A DNA stretch of 64,000 nucleotides from a virus, in the UHGV virus genome UHGV-0277313; one strand, given 5' to 3'. Shown one piece after another: positions 18,550 through 26,520 of the stretch (the first letter of the stretch is position 1; each line of letters starts with the position of its first letter). Position numbers and translations under genes: made by a program. The notes beneath the pieces are model-generated. The model saw only the letters and a list, made by a program, of their open reading frames with translations. It was not told the origin of the DNA and made no database searches.

Positions 18550-18963
18550 ATGATTAGAAACTTCACGCCGCATAAAATCAATCTGTTCGCCGAAGACGGC
18601 AGAATATTGAAAGTATTCGAGCCGGAAGGGCTTGCAAGGGCGGAACAAAAGGCCATCATCGTTGACGAAATTCAATTCGGGAACGACATTGTTCCCGTCA
18701 AAAAGATGATTTTCGGGAGCGTCGAAGGACTTCCCGAAACGGCGGGAGAATACGATAAATTTATCGTGTCGTCCATCGCCGCACAGGCGGCGATGGAGAC
18801 GAACCATCCGTTGAAAAATCAGCTCTTGGTCGTTGCAGACCCTGTTCGCAACGAAGACGGACAAATTATAGGCTGTAAAGCCTTTTCGACTTTCCGAGAT
18901 GAGAATGATCTCGGCGAGATTATGAGCTTGGCTAACAAGCTCAACGACAAATACGCTCGGTAA
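18550..18963 (+). CDS. hypothetical protein
   Basis: ORF with SD aaggaaaagaaaATG; first gene of the GC-richer plus-strand block. Confidence 0.55.
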   Translation: MIRNFTPHKINLFAEDGRILKVFEPEGLARAEQKAIIVDEIQFGNDIVPVKKMIFGSVEGLPETAGEYDKFIVSSIAAQAAMETNHPLKNQLLVVADPVRNEDGQIIGCKAFSTFRDENDLGEIMSLANKLNDKYAR

Positions 18964-18971
18964 TATTAGAT

Positions 18972-19010
18972 TTAACAAGGTGGGAGTTGTCCAGATTCCC
19001 ACCCTTTAAA
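18972..19010 (+). terminator. conserved intergenic hairpin element 1 (TTTAACAAG-stem-loop-stem-CTTTAAA)
   Basis: ggtggga...tcccacc stem between ttaacaag and ctttaaa. Confidence 0.55.
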
Positions 19011-19054
19011 TCTATTCCACAGTGGGGTGGATCCAACCAGAAAGGGAAAATAAT

Positions 19055-19348
19055 ATGACAATCAAAAAAGAAAAAAATTTCACCGTCACCGTAACTTACT
19101 TCAATGATTATAAAGGGGAATGGGTGACTGTTCCCCTGTCCGAAGCCCCGGACGAGTTGATAAACCCGTCTGCAACCGTGGCAGATATTGCCAATATGCA
19201 CGCTGAAATGCGTGCAAGTTTAAAGGCGTTGTACGACGCCTACGATGAAATGGAGCAAATAGAGTATCAGGAATGGTACTCTGAACAACAGGCGGCGGCG
19301 CAGAAAGCCGCCGAAATAGAAATGGCGTACAAACAAAGGTACGCCTAA
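19055..19348 (+). CDS. hypothetical protein
   Basis: ORF from internal ATG with SD agggaaaataatATG. Confidence 0.5.
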   Translation: MTIKKEKNFTVTVTYFNDYKGEWVTVPLSEAPDELINPSATVADIANMHAEMRASLKALYDAYDEMEQIEYQEWYSEQQAAAQKAAEIEMAYKQRYA

Positions 19349-19367
19349 ATGTTAATGATAGGACAAG

Positions 19368-19464
19368 ATTGGACAGAAATTGTTTAGTCTTGCCCTATCT
19401 AGTTTCATTTAGTGTAACTAGTTTTTATAATTGCACTAAATGAAACTAGATCAGAGTGATCTAG
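19368..19464 (+). promoter_or_regulatory. three consecutive hairpins/palindromes in the leader of the 19485 gene
   Basis: gataggacaaga...tcttgccctatc; 12-bp stem tttcatttagtg/cactaaatgaaa with loop containing tataat; perfect palindrome ctagatca-gag-tgatctag. Confidence 0.45.
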
Positions 19465-19484
19465 TACAGCAAGGAGTTGCAAAA

Positions 19485-19832
19485 ATGAAAGCACAAAATT
19501 ACACATATAGAACGCCGTTCGGAGACGAACTGGCGATCATAACAGGAAAATCAGCAGCACGGGGACGTGATAACCTTCGCAACACCCGCAAAGCCCTAGC
19601 AGCTGCAAACGATATCATATCCACTTTACAAGCGGATGTTAAAGAAAGGCACGCTTGTACAGTTCGTTTGCGTCTTCGCAAGAACAAAGAAATTGCCAGT
19701 TTGTTGGCAGAGGTTGCCAGTTTGAAAGCTGAAAATGAAGCTTTGAAAGATGCGGCGGAGATGTGGCAAACTATTGCCAAATCGAGTGTGACGGCATCTG
19801 GAGAGCTGTTGGATGCTCTCGAAAATGACTAG
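19485..19832 (+). CDS. hypothetical coiled-coil protein
   Basis: ORF from ATG after aaggagttgcaaaa; ASLLAEVASLKAENEALKDAAEM segment. Confidence 0.5.
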   Translation: MKAQNYTYRTPFGDELAIITGKSAARGRDNLRNTRKALAAANDIISTLQADVKERHACTVRLRLRKNKEIASLLAEVASLKAENEALKDAAEMWQTIAKSSVTASGELLDALEND

Positions 19833-19838
19833 ATTGAA

Positions 19839-19880
19839 TTTAACAAGATGGGGATTTGAATAAGATCCCCATCCTTTAAG
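19839..19880 (+). terminator. conserved intergenic hairpin element 2
   Basis: tttaacaag-gatggggat-ttgaataa-atccccatc-ctttaag. Confidence 0.55.
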
Positions 19881-19904
19881 TTCAACTAATGAAAGGAAAC
19901 AGAA

Positions 19905-20198
19905 ATGAATATGGAAAAATACAACTATCGTTTCGGGGCAACAATGACCGAGATTATCAAAAATCTCGGTGTTGAAACGGCATTGCCAAACCCTGATTTG
20001 TCTCTGACGAACTTGACACGTGCTGTCAAGACGCACGTGCTTCAAACGCTTGAAAAAGACGGAAAGCAATACGTTATCGTCTCTGATTGCGGCGAGTATG
20101 CTATCGCCGAAATTAAGGCGATTGGTTCTGCGGAAGATGTTGCCAAATTCGTCAAAGAAAATGACTTGGGAGAGGAGTTGATCTCCGAAGTCATTTAA
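19905..20198 (+). CDS. hypothetical protein
   Basis: 97-aa ORF, SD aaggaaacagaaATG. Confidence 0.55.
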   Translation: MNMEKYNYRFGATMTEIIKNLGVETALPNPDLSLTNLTRAVKTHVLQTLEKDGKQYVIVSDCGEYAIAEIKAIGSAEDVAKFVKENDLGEELISEVI

Positions 20199-20203
20199 TC
20201 AGC

Positions 20204-20246
20204 TTAACAAGGTGGAATTGAATTTGATTTAGTTCCACTCTTTAAA
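20204..20246 (+). terminator. conserved intergenic hairpin element 3
   Basis: ttaacaag-gtggaa...ttccac-tctttaaa. Confidence 0.5.
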
Positions 20247-20272
20247 CTGATTTTTAATTAGGGGGTGCGCAA

Positions 20273-20476
20273 ATGATAAAAAAGATCTTGAAGTTTATGA
20301 ATGATGAAATGATGATCCGTTATGACATAATGTATCCCATAGAATATGGGTACATTGAGAACGGTAAAGTGATATGTTCGAAATGGCGTGCACGGCGTCG
20401 TTTGGTCATTGATTGGTTTTTCGACGTGTGGATGAAAGGCCTTTCTGCTTACTCTTTGAAGAAAGTTGAGGAGTGA
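20273..20476 (+). CDS. hypothetical protein
   Basis: 67-aa ORF with SD gggggtgcgcaaATG. Confidence 0.5.
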   Translation: MIKKILKFMNDEMMIRYDIMYPIEYGYIENGKVICSKWRARRRLVIDWFFDVWMKGLSAYSLKKVEE

Positions 20477-20751
20477 TTAAAATGAAGCAATTCGAAATAA
20501 AGATTGTCAATGAACTTTGTGGTGTGCCAGACGAGATGTCGCCTGATACATCACTGACAGCATCACTAAAAGTTGCTATTAACTTTTACGAATGCATTGT
20601 GGAATATCTGTATTTTTCCTATATGCGATTGGAGAATTCGAATTTTCTGAAACGTCCGTGGTGGATGTTTTGGAAAAGTAAAGAAGAATACTTTCGGGAA
20701 CAATACATTCTCGATCGTAAAAGAAGAGGATTAGATCGAAATGCTTTATAG
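20473..20751 (+). CDS. hypothetical protein
   Basis: 92-aa ORF, overlapping start/stop with neighbours. Confidence 0.5.
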   Translation: MIKMKQFEIKIVNELCGVPDEMSPDTSLTASLKVAINFYECIVEYLYFSYMRLENSNFLKRPWWMFWKSKEEYFREQYILDRKRRGLDRNAL

Positions 20752-20968
20752 TCTTCTTTTAATTGCGGTTGTTTTGTCAACGACTGCCTTTGTGTGTTAC
20801 AGTATGATTTCTGATTTTATTCAGAAACCGTACAGAAAAGAAAATTCGGGGAAAGTTTTGGTTGACAGAAGTTATTTCCCCGAAAAACGAACCGTTCGTC
20901 CTGAATTGGTCGCCTTGGCAAAAAGGTTGTCGATTGAGGATGAACTTGATTACAGAAGATGGAAATGA
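20741..20968 (+). CDS. small membrane protein
   Basis: 75-aa ORF with N-terminal TM segment LLLIAVVLSTTAFVCYSMI. Confidence 0.5.
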   Translation: MLYSLLLIAVVLSTTAFVCYSMISDFIQKPYRKENSGKVLVDRSYFPEKRTVRPELVALAKRLSIEDELDYRRWK

Positions 20969-21057
20969 ATGCTTCTGTAATAGTTGTCACTGAATTTGGT
21001 GTGCTAAATAGTAAGTGAGGAAAATTCTTCCTTACTTTACTTTTAAGGAGAAAGAAA

Positions 21058-21249
21058 ATGGTGAAATTCAAGAATACAAAATTTGTTAATTGGTGTTATT
21101 ATCACTGGAAACAGTTGAGGGGCACATTAACAAAGACAGACATCGCTGTTCATTGTGCTATTTTCAATAACCAAAAAGTTGTTGAATTGCACGCGGCTCA
21201 ATTGAAACCGTCTGATTATACAGGCGTTGTGAAAAGAGGTGTAAGATGA
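21058..21249 (+). CDS. hypothetical protein
   Basis: 63-aa ORF, SD aaggagaaagaaaATG. Confidence 0.5.
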   Translation: MVKFKNTKFVNWCYYHWKQLRGTLTKTDIAVHCAIFNNQKVVELHAAQLKPSDYTGVVKRGVR

Positions 21250-21464
21250 GTAGTTTTATCAAAATCGACTATGGTATCGTGAGAAAAGAATCGATTTCTG
21301 GTTTAACAAGGGCAAAGGGACAATACCCTTGGAACGGGAAGACGCACTGGGACATCGAAGTGCATCTTCAAGGCACAAAAGTGTGTTTGGAATTTGATTC
21401 GGAATTTGAACGAAACACGGAGTTCAGCCGAATTGCAAACGAACTCAAAAAAGAGGGTGATTAA
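21246..21464 (+). CDS. hypothetical protein
   Basis: 72-aa ORF, ATGA overlap. Confidence 0.5.
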   Translation: MSSFIKIDYGIVRKESISGLTRAKGQYPWNGKTHWDIEVHLQGTKVCLEFDSEFERNTEFSRIANELKKEGD

Positions 21465-21465
21465 A

Positions 21466-21978
21466 ATGGCCAAACAAATTGAAGATTACACAGCGGATGA
21501 ACTGTCCGCGAAGATTAAGGCGATTAAGGCGGAACGCGAACGCACGGCAAATGCACTCAAGCGATATGAGGAAGAACTGGAACGGAGGAAAAACAAAAAC
21601 TGGCTTCCGTTGAAAGAAGAAGTTAACTTTACCATAAATAAGCTAACCCTTAGTACAGCTTGTATCGAAATAAAAGTTCGAGAAGGATTTTATGATGAAG
21701 ATTCGTTTCATAAATATCTTTCCGCCTTAAAATCCATTAGAAAGGCGTGGTTTGCTAATTCTAAAGGCGAACCGATTGATATTGAAGTTTTGAAGCCGTT
21801 ATTGCGGAAAGGCTGGGTTGCAATGGATAAAGACGGGGGTTGGTATTGGTATGAAAAAAAGCCGCGTAGATCGTATGCCAATTGGGGGACTGGGATTTGC
21901 CTTTCTAGAACTCTGGAAGGTTTCAATATCAAACCCGTAGAAAATTGGGAAAACAGTTTGCAGGAGTGTGGGTCATGA
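21466..21978 (+). CDS. hypothetical protein
   Basis: ORF trimmed to ATG after gggtgattaaaATG. Confidence 0.5.
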   Translation: MAKQIEDYTADELSAKIKAIKAERERTANALKRYEEELERRKNKNWLPLKEEVNFTINKLTLSTACIEIKVREGFYDEDSFHKYLSALKSIRKAWFANSKGEPIDIEVLKPLLRKGWVAMDKDGGWYWYEKKPRRSYANWGTGICLSRTLEGFNIKPVENWENSLQECGS

Positions 21979-22220
21979 AAAAAGATGAAAAGATATTCCT
22001 GCAAGCACGAAACCAAAAGAAGATGAAGCTTAACAAATGGTGGAAAAAGCTTCTGGAAAAATACCCTTTTATGGGATATGAACATGGAAGCATGAAATAT
22101 CTTTCTATAATGGGAAAAGATACAGGGCTTAAAATAAATTCACCAAGGTTGATTAAAAAGAACATCCTGAAACGGTCAAACGACCAAACCAAGTGGATTG
22201 TAGGAGGTGGGAATGAATAA
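21975..22220 (+). CDS. hypothetical basic protein
   Basis: ORF trimmed to ATG overlapping upstream stop. Confidence 0.45.
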   Translation: MKKDEKIFLQARNQKKMKLNKWWKKLLEKYPFMGYEHGSMKYLSIMGKDTGLKINSPRLIKKNILKRSNDQTKWIVGGGNE

Positions 22221-22461
22221 TCCTATAATCATTGACGTTGAATGGAGAGAAGTTTCCTGTTCAACGGAAGCGGTTATTGAACCGAAAGTAATGGTTCAGA
22301 AACAAAAGTGGAACAAGGTGGATAAAGTGATATTCACCTTGTTTTATTCAGAAATCGCCTTTATTGTTCTGCGGTTCATGTATGAGTGTTATACAAATTA
22401 CATGTTCTGGTCTGAACATGGTGGTGTAACTTTACATAAGGTGTTCTTTGGAATGCCTTAA
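22213..22461 (+). CDS. hypothetical protein
   Basis: SD taggaggtgggaATG. Confidence 0.5.
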   Translation: MNNPIIIDVEWREVSCSTEAVIEPKVMVQKQKWNKVDKVIFTLFYSEIAFIVLRFMYECYTNYMFWSEHGGVTLHKVFFGMP

Positions 22462-22471
22462 GGAGAAAACA

Positions 22472-23275
22472 ATGTTAACTATTGAAAAATTGAAAAAAAT
22501 CGCATCCACATGTCCTTATGGTGGTTGGTTGGCAGTAACCGAAGGTACTGGTGAACTTGTGTGGTCATGGTTTAAAAGAAAACCGTATTTTAACGGTGAT
22601 GCTTGGGTGCGAGACGAAGATGAAGACGTAGAATGCTGTGAAGTATTTGATTGGCTCAACGAGCAGGGTGTAAAGTGGCATCAACTTGATGACTTGCTCG
22701 ACTTGATTGATACATCACCGGAAAGCGTTTGCATCAAGTGTGGAACTGCTAAAAAACAAAAACCTTTTAAACCGATTATAGACAAATTGAAACCGGAGAT
22801 AAAAGATGGCTTTCTGTGTGATGACGGTAAGAACATTTATTGGTCACCGGGTAATTTTGGTTTCGAAATCGCAGACCAAAATTTGGCATTCCCTGAAAAT
22901 GAATTCGTTTTCAAATTGGTGAAAAAACCTAAGGGGACGAAATATTGTCATACAAAAGAAAAGACGGTGATGATGTGCAGGGGCAATGGTTACCGTACTG
23001 TATATTTGTTCTCAACATTTAAAATGTTTGAGACAAATCTTTGCGAACAAAAGGTGTCGTTTGACGATTTGAATAAAGACTTCGCAAAAATTGAAAAAGG
23101 CACGGTAAGTTTTGCAAAGGTGTACCGTGATTACGGAACGTGGGGGTCTCCGAAATGGGTCGAGTGTAATAAAGAAGATTACATTCGCATTGTTAAAGAT
23201 TTTGACGAGTACAGCAAAACTTGGAAAGCAAAATACGACGAAGACCAAAAACAGTTAAAACTGGTTCACTTGTAA
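22472..23275 (+). CDS. hypothetical protein
   Basis: ORF from ATG after aaggagaaaacaATG. Confidence 0.55.
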   Translation: MLTIEKLKKIASTCPYGGWLAVTEGTGELVWSWFKRKPYFNGDAWVRDEDEDVECCEVFDWLNEQGVKWHQLDDLLDLIDTSPESVCIKCGTAKKQKPFKPIIDKLKPEIKDGFLCDDGKNIYWSPGNFGFEIADQNLAFPENEFVFKLVKKPKGTKYCHTKEKTVMMCRGNGYRTVYLFSTFKMFETNLCEQKVSFDDLNKDFAKIEKGTVSFAKVYRDYGTWGSPKWVECNKEDYIRIVKDFDEYSKTWKAKYDEDQKQLKLVHL

Positions 23276-23297
23276 CAACAAAGGAGAAAAACGAGAG

Positions 23298-23678
23298 ATG
23301 TTAGAAAAAATCAAAAAAGAGATGGGTTTCGAATTCATGGATTTGGAACCCTTGTTCTACGAGGCTGTCTTAAGCCTTGAATTCGTACCGAACCCGTATG
23401 GCATTGTACGGGTGTTAAGTGCGCTCGACATGAAAAACATCTGCACGTGGGCGGACAGATGGATTGAGGGCATCGAGGAATTCAATCAATACCGCGAAAA
23501 AAAGTACGCGGCAAACACCTTGGAAAAGTTCAAGACGTTTGCCGAAATGTTGTATTCGGAACTGGAGAGCGACAGTGAAAAGAAGACGTATTTTATTTAT
23601 ACGCCTTCTGAAGAAGCAATCAATGCGTTCAAAAAAGAAAACGGGATTGCCGAAGACGACGACGGACTTCAGTGGTAA
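23298..23678 (+). CDS. hypothetical protein
   Basis: 126-aa ORF, SD aaaggagaaaaacgagagATG. Confidence 0.55.
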   Translation: MLEKIKKEMGFEFMDLEPLFYEAVLSLEFVPNPYGIVRVLSALDMKNICTWADRWIEGIEEFNQYREKKYAANTLEKFKTFAEMLYSELESDSEKKTYFIYTPSEEAINAFKKENGIAEDDDGLQW

Positions 23679-23679
23679 A

Positions 23680-23723
23680 TTTAACAAGAAGTGCATTGGG
23701 GTTACTGATGCACTTCCTTTAAG
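23680..23723 (+). terminator. conserved intergenic hairpin element 4
   Basis: tttaacaag-aagtgcat-tggggttactg-atgcactt-cctttaag. Confidence 0.55.
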
Positions 23724-23751
23724 TTTACAACATCAACAAAGGAGAAAGATC

Positions 23752-23973
23752 ATGAAACGTATGGGTCGTGAATTTTACAGAACGGGAAAAATCGAAGCAC
23801 AGAATGATGTGCTGAAAGGACGGTATGCGATTTATAAAACCCGTCAAGGGTTGGAAATCGTTTTTCATGAGTCGTATCGTGCGGACATTATGTCTGACAT
23901 TGAACGACAGATTGAAAAGAACCCGCGCGGAACGTGGTATTGTGAAAAGAAATATCACGTACTCAAGAAGTGA
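23752..23973 (+). CDS. hypothetical protein
   Basis: ORF trimmed to internal ATG (MKRMGREF...) with SD aaaggagaaagatcATG; upstream part of listed ORF overlaps previous gene. Confidence 0.5.
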   Translation: MKRMGREFYRTGKIEAQNDVLKGRYAIYKTRQGLEIVFHESYRADIMSDIERQIEKNPRGTWYCEKKYHVLKK

Positions 23974-24043
23974 AATTATAAAGAAGACATCTGAAATATG
24001 GTGTCTTCCTATAATTTCACTTGACAAGGAAAGGAGTAAGACG

Positions 24044-24214
24044 ATGAAAAAACAATTTCACAGATTACTTCTGACAAAGAGTCAGATGGAAAAACAAGCT
24101 AGACTGTATGCTGAACAGTTTGGCGATGATTATGATGAAGCTTTTGACGAGATGATAAAGTCTTGCCAAAAGTATAACAAATTTATTCTAGAAGGGAGTA
24201 AATGTGATGAATGA
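24044..24214 (+). CDS. small hypothetical protein
   Basis: 56-aa ORF with SD aaaggagtaagacgATG. Confidence 0.45.
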   Translation: MKKQFHRLLLTKSQMEKQARLYAEQFGDDYDEAFDEMIKSCQKYNKFILEGSKCDE

Positions 24215-24380
24215 GAAGGAAAGAATTTTCAGTCGTCTTAAACCGATTTCCTGCGTTGTCATGCTGATAGGTTTTATTCCTGCAATGATAACAGCTTTTG
24301 GCGACACGTATCTGACTTTTGTTGATTACGTGTCAGCGTTCGGTGGGTTCTTCGGAGCCTGTCTTATTAATGAAATTTAG
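24207..24380 (+). CDS. small membrane protein ending ...CLINEI
   Basis: 57-aa ORF below the track cutoff; TM segment SCVVMLIGFIPAMITAF; C-terminal LINEI. Confidence 0.4.
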   Translation: MNEKERIFSRLKPISCVVMLIGFIPAMITAFGDTYLTFVDYVSAFGGFFGACLINEI

Positions 24381-24389
24381 GAGGAAGAA

Positions 24390-25049
24390 ATGAGTGTTAG
24401 CTTCGGGACAAAGTACGAACGCGAATTTACGGAACTGCAAATGGACGAAACCGGAGGGTTGCCCAAAGAAAAGTTCGAAAAGTTGTATAAAAACAATAAA
24501 CCGTCTGTACGGTATTTTTTATATCGTGCATACGGTTTGATGAAGAAAGCAAACGAAGCCTTTGCTGTTTCGTCGTGTGTGTCGAAAGCGACGAAAGACA
24601 AATCCAAAAAAATATGTTCGGAAGTCAGAGAATGTCTGATAAATATGTTGGTAGAGTGTGACGAAATGGAAAGATTTTTCGACACTGTAAAAACATATGG
24701 CGACATGCTGAAGAGCAATGCCGGATTTGTTAAAATCAGGACAGAGAATGATTTACGTTCAGTTTGTAATGATCATTCTGTGTTTTTTACAACGGACATG
24801 GAAAAGGCATGGTCTTTCTGGGAAAGAAAACAAAGTCTTGAACATTTTAAAGACACTTGTTACAACTCAAAAGAAATGCTCAATTTCTTTAAAGAGTTGG
24901 AACAGTCTTCGAGTGATACAGAGGTTAAGAAACATGCGAAACGTCTGTATGAAACAATCGAAGAACAGTTGAGGTTTTTCAAGGTATGTTATGGTGAGAC
25001 GTACCTTGATAACGCAAAAACTTTTGTCATATTTAACAAAGGAGAATGA
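24390..25049 (+). CDS. hypothetical protein
   Basis: 219-aa ORF, SD ggaggaagaaATG. Confidence 0.55.
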   Translation: MSVSFGTKYEREFTELQMDETGGLPKEKFEKLYKNNKPSVRYFLYRAYGLMKKANEAFAVSSCVSKATKDKSKKICSEVRECLINMLVECDEMERFFDTVKTYGDMLKSNAGFVKIRTENDLRSVCNDHSVFFTTDMEKAWSFWERKQSLEHFKDTCYNSKEMLNFFKELEQSSSDTEVKKHAKRLYETIEEQLRFFKVCYGETYLDNAKTFVIFNKGE

Positions 25050-25051
25050 CA

Positions 25052-25201
25052 ATGGAACCGAAACATGTTTCTAAAGGCATGAATGCCTATTTGGCCGAAA
25101 TGTTCAATAAGTGGGAAAGTGAAAACACACCCGCTTGGCAAAACAAAGAAATCCGCAAAAGCATTCTGGAATGGCGTGAAAAACATCCGGAATTGAAGTG
25201 A
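25052..25201 (+). CDS. small hypothetical protein
   Basis: 49-aa ORF with SD aaaggagaatgacaATG. Confidence 0.35.
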   Translation: MEPKHVSKGMNAYLAEMFNKWESENTPAWQNKEIRKSILEWREKHPELK

Positions 25202-25208
25202 GGGTAAA

Positions 25209-25919
25209 ATGGGAGAAACAGAAACAAAAACAAACACAAGATATAATCGTTCGGGTATTGAAACATATCTGAAACGAAATAAAGTGTTGCCGACAAAAAT
25301 CGGTTTTAAGGATTGTACCTTGACCGATGAAGACGTGGAACTTGTGAAAGGTCATAAGTTCGAGTCTGTCACTTTAAAAGATTGTCATATTCCAAGATTA
25401 TCAATGTTACCGAGATCTGAACAATACGTATTCAAGTATTCGGTTATTGATGAATACGACAGTCTTGCATTGACAAGTGAAAAACGAAGATTGGTTAAGT
25501 TTGACACTTGTCCGACAGTTATTCCGCATCTGAAGTGGTTGAAAGATTGGTTTCATATGTTGTTAATTATTGAAACACCGATCTTGACCGCAGATGGTTT
25601 GGAAAACATAACGTTGAAGTACAACAACGAAATTGCACTGATGGAATATACCTATTGGGACGCTTTTTATGTTTCAACATGTACGAAAGGTTTCGTACAG
25701 TCTGTGTTGGATCATTTACCCAAAGGTATTGTTCCTGATTACGACAACATGTACTTGCCCGTGACAAAGAAGACTTACTTGTATGATGGTGACGGTGTCT
25801 TTGCAACACACGTTCACATCGGCGCAAAAGATTGTGTGAAGTTACGGAACAAGTTGCAAAAAGCCTTGTCGAACATTGCAAACGGAAGATTAGGAGAGAA
25901 CAGTCTAGAAAGGATCTGA
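25209..25919 (+). CDS. hypothetical protein
   Basis: 236-aa ORF. Confidence 0.55.
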   Translation: MGETETKTNTRYNRSGIETYLKRNKVLPTKIGFKDCTLTDEDVELVKGHKFESVTLKDCHIPRLSMLPRSEQYVFKYSVIDEYDSLALTSEKRRLVKFDTCPTVIPHLKWLKDWFHMLLIIETPILTADGLENITLKYNNEIALMEYTYWDAFYVSTCTKGFVQSVLDHLPKGIVPDYDNMYLPVTKKTYLYDGDGVFATHVHIGAKDCVKLRNKLQKALSNIANGRLGENSLERI

Positions 25920-26086
25920 AAAATGATAACACTGATGATTGTGTTGTTATACCGTTACACAACTATGTCAGGATTTATGGCAACCGTCTTAACGGTATGT
26001 TTGTGTTCATATCCGTCGTCTTTGGTGACTTTAGCTATTTTGACAATAGTTCCCAAAGACGACTTTTTTAATGAAGGAGAAAGAAA

Positions 26087-26458
26087 ATGAGTAAAGTTGA
26101 AACGATCTTCGAAGTGATGACGAGCAAAACGACAGGCGAAGAAAGCACGGTTCCGACGTTCGTTCGTAATTTCAAGTGTGGCTTTAAGGTCACAACGACG
26201 TATTACGAAAAATGGAAAGAAGCGATGACTGTCGTCTATTACAAAGACGTTCGTGTCAGCCGTCTTCACATTATGAAAGACATCGACGAAAAACAGGCGA
26301 AGAGTTTCCTGGAACATTTGCAGGATATGGACATCGCTGTTATTTTGGCGACAGGAAACGTCAAGCGGAAAAAAGAGGGTATTCGTACCGGAAACAAGAA
26401 ACGTTCGGTCAATGCCTATCTTGATAACACAATCGGACATAAAGCGTTCGGTAAATAA
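26087..26458 (+). CDS. hypothetical protein
   Basis: 123-aa ORF, SD aaggagaaagaaaATG. Confidence 0.55.
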   Translation: MSKVETIFEVMTSKTTGEESTVPTFVRNFKCGFKVTTTYYEKWKEAMTVVYYKDVRVSRLHIMKDIDEKQAKSFLEHLQDMDIAVILATGNVKRKKEGIRTGNKKRSVNAYLDNTIGHKAFGK

Positions 26459-26461
26459 TTG

Positions 26462-26490
26462 TTGACAAACATCAGGTGATTGTATATAAA
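26462..26490 (+). promoter_or_regulatory. sigma70 consensus promoter (TTGACA-N17-TATAAA) embedded in a 15-bp-arm hairpin
   Basis: ttgacaaacatcaggtgattgtatataaa; inverted repeat tcaggtgattgtata / tatacagtcacctga straddles the -10. Confidence 0.6.
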
Positions 26491-26520
26491 TTATACAGTC
26501 ACCTGATATGGAGGTTAAAA

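Noticed and set aside
18502-19002. 166-aa minus-strand ORF
   Set aside because: Overlaps the plus-strand gene 18550..18963, which has an SD and matches the polarity of the downstream block; minus ORF lacks an RBS and looks antisense-derived.
23464-23751. Upstream part of listed 169-aa ORF
   Set aside because: Overlaps gene 23298..23678 and the hairpin element; SD-supported start is the internal ATG at 23752.
26212-26424. 70-aa alternative-frame ORF
   Set aside because: Lies wholly within 26087..26458 in another frame; Arg-rich translation typical of off-frame reading of a GC-richer gene.
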